DNA of 64,000 nucleotides, from positions 2,368,001 through 2,432,000 of the forward strand of contig OZ245842.1 in assembly GCA_965228895.1 (NCBI GenBank), given 5' to 3'. Positions 1-11,061 of the stretch are shown here, piece by piece. The stretch is from Alphaproteobacteria bacterium. GTDB lineage: Bacteria > Pseudomonadota > Alphaproteobacteria > SP197. The translations under genes and the position numbers were made by a program. How positions within the stretch are numbered: position 1 is the stretch's first letter; each line of letters begins with the position of its first letter. The notes below the pieces were generated by a model. It had not been told where the DNA came from. It did no database searches and saw only the letters and a list, made by a program, of their open reading frames with translations.

Positions 1-191
1 GGAAAGACGCGGGTGTCGTTGACCACTAGGACGTCGCCCGCCGCCAGATAGTCGGTGAGCTCACGGAACACCCTGTCTTCGAAGCGGCCGTCACCGCACA
101 CAACCAGCAGGCGCGCGGCGTCGCGTGGTTCGACCGGATGGTCGGCGATCAGGTCGTCGGGAAGGTCAAAGTCGAACTGGTCGACCCGCAT
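1..191 (-). CDS. queA: S-adenosylmethionine:tRNA ribosyltransferase-isomerase QueA, 5' part (runs off window edge)
   Basis: Manual translation from ATG at 191: [31 protein letters not shown]...[12 protein letters not shown], the typical QueA N-terminus; not in the ORF track. Confidence 0.93.
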   Translation of the reverse strand, partial: MRVDQFDFDLPDDLIADHPVEPRDAARLLVVCGDGRFEDRVFRELTDYLAAGDVLVVNDTRVF

Positions 192-223
192 GGGTCAGCG
201 AGACCTGGTGAGGTGGCGGGTGG

Positions 224-754
224 TCAATCGCCTTCGGCGGTCTGGCGCTGATGGCGCTGGACCGCCTCGTCCAGGCGCCGCACGACCCGCTCGGGCACGA
301 AACTGTCATAAGCGCCGCCCAGCAGCGCGATTTCCTTCACCAGTTTGGAGGCGATGAAGGTGTGGTTCTCCGATGCCATCAGGAACACTGTCTCGATGTC
401 GTCATCGAGCCTGGCGTTCATGCCGGCCATCTGAAACTCAAAGTCAAAGTCGGAGACAGCGCGCAGACCGCGCACGATAATGCCGGCATCACAAGCTTGG
501 GCAAAATGCATCAACAGGCCACGGAAGGGCCTGACCTCGACCTCGGCGAGCCCGTCGCCGTCGAAATCGGCAATTTCATCGGCGACCATCTGGACCCGTT
601 CGTCCAGGTTGAACAGCGGACCCTTGCCGGCATTGATCGCGACGCCGACGACGAGCTTGTCGACCAGCTTGCGCGAGCGCTTGATGACATCCAGATGACC
701 GTTGGTGATCGGATCGAAGGTGCCGGGATAGATGCCGATGCGCTGCTTCGCCAT
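224..754 (-). CDS. coaD: Phosphopantetheine adenylyltransferase
   Basis: IYPGTFDPITNGHLD and IVRGLRAVSDFDFE motifs; ATG at 754 preferred over GTG at 763. Confidence 0.96.
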   Translation of the reverse strand: MAKQRIGIYPGTFDPITNGHLDVIKRSRKLVDKLVVGVAINAGKGPLFNLDERVQMVADEIADFDGDGLAEVEVRPFRGLLMHFAQACDAGIIVRGLRAVSDFDFEFQMAGMNARLDDDIETVFLMASENHTFIASKLVKEIALLGGAYDSFVPERVVRRLDEAVQRHQRQTAEGD

Positions 755-841
755 GGTGCTCACAGCCTTTCTGACAGGAAAATTGTGCAGTGCATCATGA
801 CGAGGATGGTCGCCATGGACAAGGGCTGTCTGAGTCCGCTG

Positions 842-3670
842 CTACGCCTCGTCATCTGAGGGCACATCGCCCTCGTGCCCGTCCGTGAGCGCCTCATCAG
901 TCTGGCTTTCGATCATGTCCTCATCATCTTCGCCGGCTTCTTCGTCGTCGATATGGGCGACGGAGACGACCGTCTCGTCCTTGGCGACACGGAAGATGGT
1001 GACACCGCGCGATTTGCGGCCGGTGTAGCGGATTTCGTCGACCGAACTCCTGATGATCTGACCGCCATCGGAGATCAGGACGATCTGATCGCCGTCGGCG
1101 ACCGGGAACGCAGCCACCACCTCGGCGCGCGGTTTCTTGGCGCCGCGGCCCAGCTCCAGATTGTCGATGCCCTTGCCGCCACGCCCGGTGACCCGGTACT
1201 CGTAGGCCGAGGTGCGTTTGCCAAAACCGTCATTGGCGACGGTCAGCAGGAACTGCTCGCGCGCCTTCATATCCTGGAAGTCGGCTTCCTCCAGCACGAC
1301 CTCGTCCGTTGCGGCATCCTCGTCGCCGGCCGCTTCCTCGACAATCGCCTCCTCAACAGCGGCTTCGTCGTCTTCGGCGCCGTTGGCGCGGCGCTCCAGG
1401 TTGATGCGTTTCATGTAGGCGCGGCGTGTCGGCGCATCGATCTCGACATGATCCAGGATCGTCATGCCCAACACCTCGTCGCCCTTGGCCAGGCGAATGC
1501 CGCGCACGCCCGAAGACGCACGGCCGGAGAACACGCGGACGTCCTCGACACGGAAACGAATGCACTTGCCCTGGCGGGTGAAGAGCAGGACGTCCTGGTC
1601 GGGCCGGCAGGTCTCGACGCCGATCAGCCGCTCGCCCTCGTCCAGCTTCATCGCCATCAGGCCGTTGGCGCGGATGTTGCCGAAATCCGACAACAGGTTG
1701 CGCCGCACCGATCCATGGGCGGTTGCGAACATGATGTGGTAGTCGCTCCAGCTCTCTTCGTCCTCCAACATCGGCATGACGGTCGAGATGGTCTCGCCTT
1801 CTTCCAGCGGCAGCAGGTTGACGAACGCCTTGCCGCGCGATTGCGGCGTCGCCATCGGCAGGCGGTAGGTCTTCAAGCGATAAGCCTTGCCGGCGGTCGA
1901 GAAGAACAGCACCCAGGCATGGGTGTTGACGATAAAGACCTGGCTGACGAAATCCTCGTCGCGGGTCGCCATGCCGGATCGTCCCTTGCCGCCACGCCGT
2001 TGCGCGCGATAGGCCGCCAGAGGCACGCGCTTGACGTAGCCCTTGTGGCTGACCGTGACGACCATCTCTTCGCGCTGGATAAGGTCTTCGTCGTCTTGGT
2101 CGGCCTCGGCTTCGGCCAACTGGGTGCGGCGGGGATCGGCGAACTTCTCCCGGATCTCCAGCATCTCGTCGCGGATCACCGTCATCAGACGGTCGCGCGA
2201 ACGCAGGATCTCCAGGAATTCCGTGATGTGTTCGACGAGCTCGTTGAGCTCCTCGACGATCTTGTCGCGTTCCAGGCCGGTCAGGCGCTGCAGTCGCAGC
2301 TCCAGGATCGCGCGGGCCTGTTCTTCGGAGAGGCGATAGCTGCCTTTCTTATCGATGATTGCCGCGGCTTCGTCACCCTCCACCAAGGCAATCAGCGGCA
2401 CGATGTCGCCTGTCGGCCAGTCGCGCGCCATCAGTTTTTCCCGCGCTTCAACCGGGTCGGCAGAGTTGCGGATCAAGGCGACGACCTCGTCGACATTCGC
2501 GACGGCGACGGTCAGGCCGAGCAGCAAATGGGCGCGTGCCCTGGTCCGGCCCAACAGGAACTTGGTGCGCCGGGTCACCACCTCCTCGCGGAAGCGGACG
2601 AACTGCTCGATGATCTCGCGCAGGGTCAGCAGGATCGGCTTGCCGTTGACCAGCGCCAGCATGTTGCAGCCGAACGAGGTCTGCAGCGGCGTGAAACGGT
2701 AAAGCTGGTTCAAGACGATCTCAGCCATGCTGTCGCGCTTGATCTCGATCACCACGCGAACGCCTTGGCGCGCGGATTCATCGCGCAGATCCGAGATGCC
2801 TTCGATGCGCTTGTCGCGGACCAATTCGGCGATGCGCTCCAGAAGCCTCGCCTTGTTCACCTGGTAAGGCACCTCGGTGACGACGATGGCTTCGCGGTCC
2901 TTGCGGACCTCCTCGATATGCACCTTGGCGCGCATGATGACGGAGCCGCGGCCGGTCTCGTAAGCGCTACGTGCGCCGCCCGCACCCATGATCAATCCGC
3001 CGGTCGGGAAATCGGGGGCCGGGATATAGCGCATCAGATCCATGGACGAGACGCCGGGGTTGTCGATGAACGCGCAGCAGGCGTCGATCACCTCGCCCAG
3101 ATTGTGGGGCGGGATGTTGGTCGCCATGCCGACGGCGATACCGCCGGCACCGTTGACCAGAAGATTAGGGAAACGCGCCGGCAGGACCGAAGGCTCGCTC
3201 TCGCTGCCGTCATAGTTTTCGCGGAATTCGACGGTGTCCTTGTCGATATCCTCAAGCAGGGTCTCGGCGACCTTGGCGAGCCTGGCCTCGGTGTAACGCA
3301 TAGCGGCCGGCGGATCGCCGTCCATCGAGCCGAAATTGCCCTGGCCATCGATCAGCAGGAGCCGCAGGGAGAAGTCCTGGGCCATGCGCACCATGGCGTC
3401 ATAGATCGCCTGGTCGCCATGGGGGTGATACTTGCCCATGACGTCACCAATAATGCGCGCGGATTTGCGATACGGCTTGTCGGAGGTGTAGCCCTCCTCA
3501 TGCATGGCATAGAGGATGCGGCGCTGCACCGGCTTCAGGCCGTCGCGCACATCCGGCAGCGCACGCGCAACGATCACGCTCATGGCGTAATCGAGGTAAC
3601 TGCGCCGCATTTCGTCTTCGATCGTGATCGGCGCGATGTCGGACGACTCGGGAGGTGGGATCTCGGTCAA
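842..3670 (-). CDS. gyrA: DNA gyrase subunit A
   Basis: [22 protein letters not shown] catalytic Tyr, GyrA box QRRGGKG, beta-pinwheel CTD. Confidence 0.98.
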   Translation of the reverse strand: MTEIPPPESSDIAPITIEDEMRRSYLDYAMSVIVARALPDVRDGLKPVQRRILYAMHEEGYTSDKPYRKSARIIGDVMGKYHPHGDQAIYDAMVRMAQDFSLRLLLIDGQGNFGSMDGDPPAAMRYTEARLAKVAETLLEDIDKDTVEFRENYDGSESEPSVLPARFPNLLVNGAGGIAVGMATNIPPHNLGEVIDACCAFIDNPGVSSMDLMRYIPAPDFPTGGLIMGAGGARSAYETGRGSVIMRAKVHIEEVRKDREAIVVTEVPYQVNKARLLERIAELVRDKRIEGISDLRDESARQGVRVVIEIKRDSMAEIVLNQLYRFTPLQTSFGCNMLALVNGKPILLTLREIIEQFVRFREEVVTRRTKFLLGRTRARAHLLLGLTVAVANVDEVVALIRNSADPVEAREKLMARDWPTGDIVPLIALVEGDEAAAIIDKKGSYRLSEEQARAILELRLQRLTGLERDKIVEELNELVEHITEFLEILRSRDRLMTVIRDEMLEIREKFADPRRTQLAEAEADQDDEDLIQREEMVVTVSHKGYVKRVPLAAYRAQRRGGKGRSGMATRDEDFVSQVFIVNTHAWVLFFSTAGKAYRLKTYRLPMATPQSRGKAFVNLLPLEEGETISTVMPMLEDEESWSDYHIMFATAHGSVRRNLLSDFGNIRANGLMAMKLDEGERLIGVETCRPDQDVLLFTRQGKCIRFRVEDVRVFSGRASSGVRGIRLAKGDEVLGMTILDHVEIDAPTRRAYMKRINLERRANGAEDDEAAVEEAIVEEAAGDEDAATDEVVLEEADFQDMKAREQFLLTVANDGFGKRTSAYEYRVTGRGGKGIDNLELGRGAKKPRAEVVAAFPVADGDQIVLISDGGQIIRSSVDEIRYTGRKSRGVTIFRVAKDETVVSVAHIDDEEAGEDDEDMIESQTDEALTDGHEGDVPSDDEA

Positions 3671-3992
3671 GGTAGTGCGTATTTCTACAAGATGTTGTGG
3701 CGGCTCAGTTTTTCAGCCACCAGATCATTGGCATTTGAAGCACGAAGTTTACCATTCTTCGCAAGCGCGAACAAACTTTGTAGACGTTTTGGCCGACGTC
3801 GCTTGCAGGCCACTTAGAACCGGGTCGACCCGTCCTGGCAGGCGCCTATAATCGGACTCGCGGGCGCGAGGTCGGATCACGGCGTGGCAATCCGATCGCC
3901 ATTATGGAGCAAGGGCAGATTCACCCCTTCGATGTCATCGCGTAGCGATTCGATCATACGGGGTCTGCTCTTGGGATTGGGGAGCAGTGGCT

Positions 3993-5624
3993 ATGGCCGA
4001 ACGCACGTTTGAACTCGGGCTCGTGATGGCCGGCGCCATTTCTGGCGGCGCCTATGCGGCCGGTGTCACCGACTTCCTGATCCAAGCGCTCGATGCTTGG
4101 TACGCGGAAAAAGCCGCCGGTTCATCCGCGACGATGTCCCATGAGGTCAAGCTTCGGGTGATGTCGGGTGCTTCGGCTGGCGCCATGTGCACGGCGCTGG
4201 CGGCGGTCGCGCTGAATGCCGAGAGCGAGCCTGTCAGCGATGTCAAAGAACCACCCGATCCCAGCCGCAACCGGCTGTTCGATTCCTGGGTCAAGCGCAT
4301 CGATATTCGGCATCTGTTGGGCGAGCGCGATCTGGGACCCGATCAGCCCGTGCGCTCGGCGCTCGACGCTTCTATCCTGCGCGAGATCGCGCTCGACGGT
4401 CTCAAGATGACCCCGTCCGCATCCCCTCGCCCTTACGTCGACAATCCCCTGGCTGTCTTTCTGACCGTCGCCAACCTGCGCGGTGTGCCCTATGGCTTCG
4501 GCCTCGCGGGCGATGCCGGCCCGTCGCGCTACGGCATGCTGGCCCATGCCGACCACATGCGGTTCAAGGTGACGCGCGGCCAAAGCGATGATGCGCTTTA
4601 TCAAACCCTCGACGTCGCCAGCCTGCCGGCAGGCCCCTGGGAAGGGCTGGCTGACGCTTCACTGGCAAGCGGCGCCTTCCCGATCGGGCTGCAATCGCGG
4701 CTGCTGAAGCGCCCGGCCGGTCAGTACAGCGAACGCCTGGACTTCGATGGCAAAGCAGCCCTGCCGGGCAGCGCCACCGACGAGTATGACTTTTTGTGCG
4801 TCGACGGCGGCCTGATGAACAACGAGCCTCTGGAACTGGCGCGGCGCTACTTGAAAGGCGTTGACGTGCGCAATCCGCGTCCCGGCGATGAGGCTCACCG
4901 AGCGGTCATCATGATTGACCCGTTTCCCAACAAGGCAGCCTATCCTGACCCCTATGAACCCCATGACGACGTGGTCGGCGTGATCAAGGCGATGTTCGGC
5001 GCGCTGGTCAACCAGGCGCGCTTCAAGCCCGAAGAGCTGGCGCTGGCCGAACGCGACGACGTCTACAGCCGGTTCATGATCGCGCCATCGTTGAAAGACG
5101 ATCAGGGCAACGTGGTTGATCCGGCTATGACGTCTGCCATCCTGGGGGGCTTTGGCGGTTTCCTCGCCGAAGACTTCCGCCGGCACGACTTCCAGCTCGG
5201 GCGGCGCAATTGTCAGCGGTTTCTTGGCCGATACTTCGTCTTGCCAGAAAACAACCCGGTGTTTCAGGACGCGCCGGAAGTCCTGCGCGCATCGCTTTGC
5301 GTGCGCAACGAAGACGGCACGCCGCGCCTGTTCAAGGACAAGGCGTCACGTCTGTTGCCGTTGATCCCGTTGTGTGGCGCAGCCACCAACCCGATCAGCG
5401 TCCCGGACCGCCCCACGGCGAATGTTGTTGACCTTGATCTGCTGCACGGTCTGATCAAGCGGCGCGCGACCCATGTCGGCGAACGCCTGATCGATACGCA
5501 GCTTGGTGGGGTCGCGCCCTGGGTCGTGCGGGTGGGCGCCAAGAAGTACGTGCAGTGGAGCGCCGGCGCCAAGGTCGCCGACAAGGCGCGTGCCATTCTG
5601 GAGAAAGAACTGGCCCGGCTTTAA
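3993..5624 (+). CDS. Patatin-like phospholipase family protein
   Basis: Gly-rich AGAISGGAY, nucleophile GASAG, catalytic DGG; GGGGAG RBS before ATG 3993. Confidence 0.85.
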   Translation: MAERTFELGLVMAGAISGGAYAAGVTDFLIQALDAWYAEKAAGSSATMSHEVKLRVMSGASAGAMCTALAAVALNAESEPVSDVKEPPDPSRNRLFDSWVKRIDIRHLLGERDLGPDQPVRSALDASILREIALDGLKMTPSASPRPYVDNPLAVFLTVANLRGVPYGFGLAGDAGPSRYGMLAHADHMRFKVTRGQSDDALYQTLDVASLPAGPWEGLADASLASGAFPIGLQSRLLKRPAGQYSERLDFDGKAALPGSATDEYDFLCVDGGLMNNEPLELARRYLKGVDVRNPRPGDEAHRAVIMIDPFPNKAAYPDPYEPHDDVVGVIKAMFGALVNQARFKPEELALAERDDVYSRFMIAPSLKDDQGNVVDPAMTSAILGGFGGFLAEDFRRHDFQLGRRNCQRFLGRYFVLPENNPVFQDAPEVLRASLCVRNEDGTPRLFKDKASRLLPLIPLCGAATNPISVPDRPTANVVDLDLLHGLIKRRATHVGERLIDTQLGGVAPWVVRVGAKKYVQWSAGAKVADKARAILEKELARL

Positions 5625-6106
5625 AACGGAATCTCGTCATCGATATCGCTGCCGGCGCCGCCACCCACGCCGCCGCCTGTATCGCCACCGCCCTGGTTGT
5701 AGCCGGAGTAATCGTCTCCGCCGCCACCGCCGCCATAACCACCGCCGCCTTCGCCGCGGCTGTCGAGCATCTGCAGATCGCCGCGGAAGCGCTGGACCAC
5801 CACCTCGGTCGAGTACTTGTCCTGACCGGACTGGTCCTGCCATTTGCGGGTCTGCAACTGGCCTTCCAGATAAATCTTGGAGCCCTTCTTCAGGTACTTC
5901 TCCGCGACATCACACAGGTTGGGATTGAAGATCACCACCCGGTGCCATTCGGTGCGCTCCTTGCGCTCGCCAGACTGCCGGTCTTTCCATGACTCCGACG
6001 TCGCAAGCGACAAGTTACACACAGGGTCGCCACTGTTGAGGCGTCGGATTTCCGGGTCGCGGCCGAGATTTCCCACCAAAATGACTTTGTTCACGCTGCC
6101 GGCCAT
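5621..6106 (-). CDS. ssb: Single-stranded DNA-binding protein
   Basis: [19 protein letters not shown]; Gly-rich linker; DDEIPF tail. Confidence 0.98.
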   Translation of the reverse strand: MAGSVNKVILVGNLGRDPEIRRLNSGDPVCNLSLATSESWKDRQSGERKERTEWHRVVIFNPNLCDVAEKYLKKGSKIYLEGQLQTRKWQDQSGQDKYSTEVVVQRFRGDLQMLDSRGEGGGGYGGGGGGDDYSGYNQGGGDTGGGVGGGAGSDIDDEIPF

Positions 6107-6121
6107 GTTCTACTCCTGTTC
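6107..6121. promoter_or_regulatory. Alphaproteobacterial LexA (SOS) box GTTC-N7-GTTC overlapping the ssb RBS
   Basis: GTTC-TACTCCT-GTTC, an exact match to the alpha-type direct repeat, in the ssb/uvrA divergent region. Confidence 0.8.
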
Positions 6122-6310
6122 CTCGACATTTGCGGCACCCTAGACCAGGCCCGCACCCCTGTCATCTGCGACGAATCGGTTGGCGTAGAACATCACAGCG
6201 GGGTTTAAAAAGCGACTGCCGGAGGGGTGCTGCGGCGTCGAATTCGGGGGATGCTTGCAAGCCCCCGTTCCGCGTTCTAACAAGCTTGTTCTCAAGGGAA
6301 GAGACACGGC

Positions 6311-9166
6311 ATGCACAAGTCGATCCGCATCCGCGGCGCGCGCGAACACAATCTGAAAAACGTGGATCTTGAGATCCCGCGCGACCGCCTTGTGGTGATC
6401 ACGGGACTGAGCGGCTCGGGCAAGTCGTCGCTGGCGTTCGACACAATCTATGCCGAAGGCCAGCGACGTTACGTCGAGAGCCTGTCGGCCTATGCCCGTC
6501 AGTTCCTGGAGCTGATGGAAAAGCCGGATGTCGAGCATATCGAGGGCCTGTCGCCAGCGATCTCCATCGAGCAGAAGACGACCTCGAAGAACCCGCGTTC
6601 GACCGTCGGCACGGTGACCGAGATCCACGACTACATGCGCCTTCTATGGGCGCGCGTCGGCGTGCCCTATTCGCCGGCGACCGGCCTGCCGATCGAAAGC
6701 CAGACCGTTAGCCAAATGGTCGACCGCGTCATGGCGATGGAGGCTGGCACCCGGTTGATGCTGCTCGCGCCGATCGTCCGGGGCCGCAAGGGCGAATACC
6801 GCAAGGAGATGGCCGAGCTGATGAAGCGCGGCTTCCAGCGGGTCAAGATCGATGGCGAGGTCTATCAGATCGAAGATGCGCCGAAGCTCAACAAGAAGCT
6901 GAAGCACAACATCGAGGTCGTGGTCGACCGTGTGGTTGTGCGCGAAGGCTTGGAGACGCGGCTGGCCGACAGCATCGAGATGGCGCTCAGCCTGGCCGAC
7001 GGCCTGGTCTTCGCCGAAAACGCGGATACCGGCGACCAGACCATTTTCTCAGCCAAGTTCGCCTGCCCCGTCTCCGGCTTCACCATCGACGAGATCGAAC
7101 CGCGCCTGTTCTCGTTCAACAATCCGTTCGGCGCCTGCCCCGCCTGTGACGGTCTGGGCTCCAGGCTTTACTTCGATCCGGAACTCGTTGTACCCGACGA
7201 GCGCTTGTCGCTGGGCAAAGGCGCGATCGCGCCATGGGCCAACTCGTCATCGCAGTACTACGTGCAAACCCTGGAATCGCTGGCCACCCACTTCGGCGAG
7301 GACATGACAACGCCTTGGGCGACGCTGCCCAAGGTCATGCGCGAGACCATTCTCTATGGTTCCGGCGATGAACCGGTGACCATGACCTTCGATGACGGCT
7401 TGAGGACCTACGAAACCCACAAGCCTTACGAAGGCGTCATTCCCAATATGGACCGGCGCTGGCGTGAGACGGAAAGCGAGTGGGTGCGCGAGGAGCTCGC
7501 CAAGTACCACAATACCGCGCCGTGCGAATCCTGCGGCGGCTATCGGCTGAAACCGGAATCTCTGGCGGTCAAGATCGACCGGCTACATATCGGCGAGGTC
7601 AGCGGGATGTCGATCGGCGGCGCCGGCCGTTGGTTCGAAGAGCTGGAAGCCAAGCTCAGCGAAAAGCAGCAGGCGATCGCCCATCGAATCCTGAAGGAGA
7701 TCAACGAGCGCCTGGGTTTCCTGAACAAGGTCGGTTTGGAGTATCTGACCCTGTCGCGTAACTCAGGATCGCTGTCGGGCGGTGAAAGCCAGCGTATCCG
7801 TTTGGCATCACAGATCGGCTCGGGTCTGACCGGCGTGCTCTATGTGCTCGACGAACCGAGCATCGGCCTGCATCAACGTGACAATCAGCGCCTTTTGGAC
7901 ACGCTGGTGCGCCTGCGCGACCTCGGAAACACGGTGATCGTCGTTGAACACGACGAAGAAGCGATCCGCGCCGCCGAATACGTCGTCGATATGGGGCCGG
8001 GGGCCGGCGAACATGGCGGCAAGGTCGTCGCCCAAGGCCTGCCGGCCGAGGTGATGGCCAATCCCGACAGCCTGACCGGCCAGTATCTGACCGGCATGCG
8101 CCAGATCGAGGTGCCGAAGAAACGCCGCAAGGGCAAGAAAAAGCAGGCGCTGAAGGTCGTCGGCGCAACCGCGAACAACCTGCAGAAGGTAACCGCGACC
8201 ATCCCGCTGGGCACCTTCACCTGTGTGACGGGGGTTTCGGGCGGCGGCAAGTCGACCCTGATCATCGAAACGCTCTATCAGGCGCTGGCCAAGAAGCTGA
8301 ACGGCGCGCGCATGCATCCAGGCGCCCACGACAAGCTGACGGGCACGGAATTCCTCGACAAGGTCGTCGATATCGACCAGTCGCCGATTGGCCGGACACC
8401 TCGGTCCAATCCGGCAACCTATACCGGCGCCTTCACGCCGATCCGTGACTGGTTCGCCGGTCTGCCGGAAGCCAAGGCGCGCGGCTACAAACCGGGCCGG
8501 TTCAGCTTCAACGTCAAGGGCGGTCGTTGCGAGGCCTGCCAGGGCGACGGATTAATCAAGATAGAGATGCACTTCCTGCCGGATGTTTATGTCCAGTGTG
8601 ATGTCTGTAAGGGCGCCCGGTACAATCGAGAAACACTCGAAGTTCTGTTCAAAGACAAGTCGATAGCCGATGTCCTTGATATGACAGTCGAAGAAGGGCT
8701 TGGTTTTTTCAGTGCTGTGCCAGCCATTCGCCAGAAACTTGAGATGTTGAATCGGGTCGGGCTCGGCTACATCAAGGTCGGCCAGCCGGCGACCACGCTT
8801 TCCGGCGGCGAGGCCCAGCGGGTAAAGCTGGCCAAGGAGCTGTCACGCCGCGCGACCGGACGGACCCTCTATATCCTGGATGAACCGACCACCGGCCTCC
8901 ATTTCGAAGACGTCCGGAAACTGCTCGAGGTGCTCCATGCGCTCGTCGAGCAAGGCAACACGGTGGTCGTGATCGAGCACAATCTGGAGGTCATCAAGAC
9001 CGCCGATTGGATCATCGATCTGGGTCCCGAAGGCGGCGACGGCGGCGGCCGCATCGTCGCAGCCGGCACCCCCGAAGCGGTCAGCGGCGTCGATGAGAGC
9101 TACACCGGGCACTACCTGGCCGGATTGCTCAAGCCATCACGCAAAACGGCAGACGCCGCCGAATAG
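6311..9166 (+). CDS. uvrA: Excinuclease ABC subunit A
   Basis: Two ABC ATPase modules ([21 protein letters not shown]) plus Zn fingers. Confidence 0.98.
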   Translation: MHKSIRIRGAREHNLKNVDLEIPRDRLVVITGLSGSGKSSLAFDTIYAEGQRRYVESLSAYARQFLELMEKPDVEHIEGLSPAISIEQKTTSKNPRSTVGTVTEIHDYMRLLWARVGVPYSPATGLPIESQTVSQMVDRVMAMEAGTRLMLLAPIVRGRKGEYRKEMAELMKRGFQRVKIDGEVYQIEDAPKLNKKLKHNIEVVVDRVVVREGLETRLADSIEMALSLADGLVFAENADTGDQTIFSAKFACPVSGFTIDEIEPRLFSFNNPFGACPACDGLGSRLYFDPELVVPDERLSLGKGAIAPWANSSSQYYVQTLESLATHFGEDMTTPWATLPKVMRETILYGSGDEPVTMTFDDGLRTYETHKPYEGVIPNMDRRWRETESEWVREELAKYHNTAPCESCGGYRLKPESLAVKIDRLHIGEVSGMSIGGAGRWFEELEAKLSEKQQAIAHRILKEINERLGFLNKVGLEYLTLSRNSGSLSGGESQRIRLASQIGSGLTGVLYVLDEPSIGLHQRDNQRLLDTLVRLRDLGNTVIVVEHDEEAIRAAEYVVDMGPGAGEHGGKVVAQGLPAEVMANPDSLTGQYLTGMRQIEVPKKRRKGKKKQALKVVGATANNLQKVTATIPLGTFTCVTGVSGGGKSTLIIETLYQALAKKLNGARMHPGAHDKLTGTEFLDKVVDIDQSPIGRTPRSNPATYTGAFTPIRDWFAGLPEAKARGYKPGRFSFNVKGGRCEACQGDGLIKIEMHFLPDVYVQCDVCKGARYNRETLEVLFKDKSIADVLDMTVEEGLGFFSAVPAIRQKLEMLNRVGLGYIKVGQPATTLSGGEAQRVKLAKELSRRATGRTLYILDEPTTGLHFEDVRKLLEVLHALVEQGNTVVVIEHNLEVIKTADWIIDLGPEGGDGGGRIVAAGTPEAVSGVDESYTGHYLAGLLKPSRKTADAAE

Positions 9167-9177
9167 GGCAATTGGAC

Positions 9178-9588
9178 CTACATCAACTGCTCGAGCGACT
9201 CCTGAGCCCGGCCCGCGGCATCTTTGGCGGTGACGATGTCATTGGAGCCGAGGCCCGACAGGGCTGATGTCAGTGCGCTTTCCAGGGCGAAACGTGTGTC
9301 CGCATCGCTGGTGTCGGCGATAGCGCCGGCGCCCATGCCCTCACAGGGGTTGCCGGCGGCCGCGTTGAAGCCGACACCGTCGGGACCGACCAGGCAGTTC
9401 ACGACATGCTGCAGGTGCGTGTGGACGTCGCCGATTTCGGCGCCGTTCGACGCATAGCCAGCATGGATAGAGGCTTCGGCGACCTCCTCCGCAGCATCAT
9501 CGGCCTGCACAGGCTGCGTCGCGATCAAGAACAAAGACGCTGTCGCGAAGACAAAGCCTTTCAAAACAATTCCGGTGGCGTGTGTCAT
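9178..9588 (-). CDS. Small secreted hypothetical protein with His cluster and Cys pair
   Basis: GGGAGGA RBS; signal peptide ending VQA-DD; HTHLQHVVNCLVG...NPC. Confidence 0.75.
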   Translation of the reverse strand: MTHATGIVLKGFVFATASLFLIATQPVQADDAAEEVAEASIHAGYASNGAEIGDVHTHLQHVVNCLVGPDGVGFNAAAGNPCEGMGAGAIADTSDADTRFALESALTSALSGLGSNDIVTAKDAAGRAQESLEQLM

Positions 9589-9676
9589 GGTCCTCCCAAT
9601 TCCTCGACCAGTTAGAGGAAAGCCCCCCAGGGCTGTTGGATCATAGGACACCGCCAGTTAAGCGTGAAACCATCTA

Positions 9677-9712
9677 AAGTGGCGGAGGCCGCAGGTAACC
9701 TCCGCCATTTTC
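9677..9712. terminator. GC-rich hairpin, probable terminator
   Basis: AAGTGGCGGAGG-N10-CCTCCGCCATTTT downstream of the SBP gene. Confidence 0.55.
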
Positions 9713-9745
9713 TTGACGAAATGTTGGCAGTCCAGCGTCAATTTG

Positions 9746-9808
9746 AGAGCCGGTCAGGTTGGGTCGATCCGTTCGGCGAGCCAACCCAACCATGTGAACT
9801 TGTTTTAG
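9746..9808 (-). repeat. Degenerate copy of the RIME/MITE-like palindromic repeat
   Basis: Minus strand TAAAACAAGTTCACATGGTTGGGT...ACCCAACC aligns with GAGAGCGGATTCACGTGGTTGGGT...ACCCAACC at 63668-63729. Confidence 0.6.
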
Positions 9809-10941
9809 ACGCCGGCCTTCACCTCTTCCCACATGGTCGTGACCTTATCCAGGTTGTTCATGTAGCGGGTGAACTCGGTGCCGGCCAGGAAGGTATCGAC
9901 GTCCTTGGCCAGGCCGATCGAATGCAGGAACTCTTCGGAGAACGGCTCGTAGGCCTTCTTGTTGGCGTGGCCGTAGTACCAGTTCTCGATCTCAAAGATG
10001 CCGGCCTCCGGCGACAGGAAGGAGTCGATGACATCGTGGGCCTTGTCGTACATGCCGTGTTCGATGGCGGCGGGATGGATGCATAGGCCGCAGACCCAGG
10101 TGATGGCGCCCTCCTTGGGGTTCATCCACACCCAATCGGCCTCGGGGTCGGCTTCCTGCACGTTCCAGATCAGCGAGTTCCAACCGACCGCGATGACGAC
10201 CTCGCCGGACGCCATGGTCTGCGCGATTTCCGTCATGGAGCGGCCGAGCGTGCGGTTGAGCGGCATCTGTTCGGCGAGTTTGGCGTGAACCTGCTCTAAC
10301 GCCTGGTCATCGAGGTTCCAGGGATCCAAACCAAGAACCAAAGACGCGATGATCGCGGCATCGGATGAATAGTCTATCATCGAGACGCGACCGCTGTATT
10401 TCTCGTCCCACAGCGCCGTCCAGGTCTGGTCATCCGGTGCGGCGTACTCCGGCGCCAAATCGCCCCGCAGCATGACCGAGGTCTGCCCCCAGTCCTCGGG
10501 CACAAACACCCGCTCACCGTTGATCACGGTGTCCGGCAGGTCCTTGAAGCTCTGAATGATGTCGGGCCAGTTGCTCAGCTTGCCGGTATCGATCGGCGCC
10601 AGGAAACCGGCGTCGTACCAGATCGGCACGACCGCCGAGCAGGGAAAGGTGATGTCCGGCTGGTAGCCGGCGCGCATTTTGTTGAAGGCGGAATCTTCGT
10701 CGTCAAAGAACGTGTAATTCGGTTCGGCGCCATGTTTCGCGACATAGTGCGTCATGAACTCCGGACTGTCATAGCCAACCCAGGTGAAGAAGACGGGATG
10801 TTCGCCTTCCTGCGCCAAGGCGTTCGATCCGACCATCGGCATCATCGCGGGGACGACGCCGAACGCGCCCATCAGTTGCTTGGCCTGGCGGCGGGTGATC
10901 TTGCCGCTAAACAAGAGATCCTGGAATTGACTGACGTCCAT
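9805..10941 (-). CDS. Orphan ABC transporter substrate-binding protein, PotD/PotF (polyamine) family, with Tat-like signal
   Basis: ITRRQ signal; FTWVGY, WGQTS and PKEGAITWV motifs; GGAAGGGAG RBS. Confidence 0.85.
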   Translation of the reverse strand: MDVSQFQDLLFSGKITRRQAKQLMGAFGVVPAMMPMVGSNALAQEGEHPVFFTWVGYDSPEFMTHYVAKHGAEPNYTFFDDEDSAFNKMRAGYQPDITFPCSAVVPIWYDAGFLAPIDTGKLSNWPDIIQSFKDLPDTVINGERVFVPEDWGQTSVMLRGDLAPEYAAPDDQTWTALWDEKYSGRVSMIDYSSDAAIIASLVLGLDPWNLDDQALEQVHAKLAEQMPLNRTLGRSMTEIAQTMASGEVVIAVGWNSLIWNVQEADPEADWVWMNPKEGAITWVCGLCIHPAAIEHGMYDKAHDVIDSFLSPEAGIFEIENWYYGHANKKAYEPFSEEFLHSIGLAKDVDTFLAGTEFTRYMNNLDKVTTMWEEVKAGV

Positions 10942-11061
10942 GTCGCACTCCCTTCCCGCAGCGGCGGCCACGGCGGCCGCGCCGCATGTGTCTGTTGGTT
11001 GAGAACGTTCTCTCGAATAAAAGCCTAGCACGGAAACAATCCGGGCTTGCAACCGTTGCGG

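Noticed and set aside
1260-1450. Acidic insertion in the GyrA C-terminal domain
   Set aside because: Known general feature of alphaproteobacterial GyrA
875-3817. 980-aa plus-strand ORF antisense to gyrA, and similar long ORFs opposite secD, serS, mttB and valS
   Set aside because: Shadow ORFs from high-GC codon bias; they mirror the real genes and have no recognisable motifs
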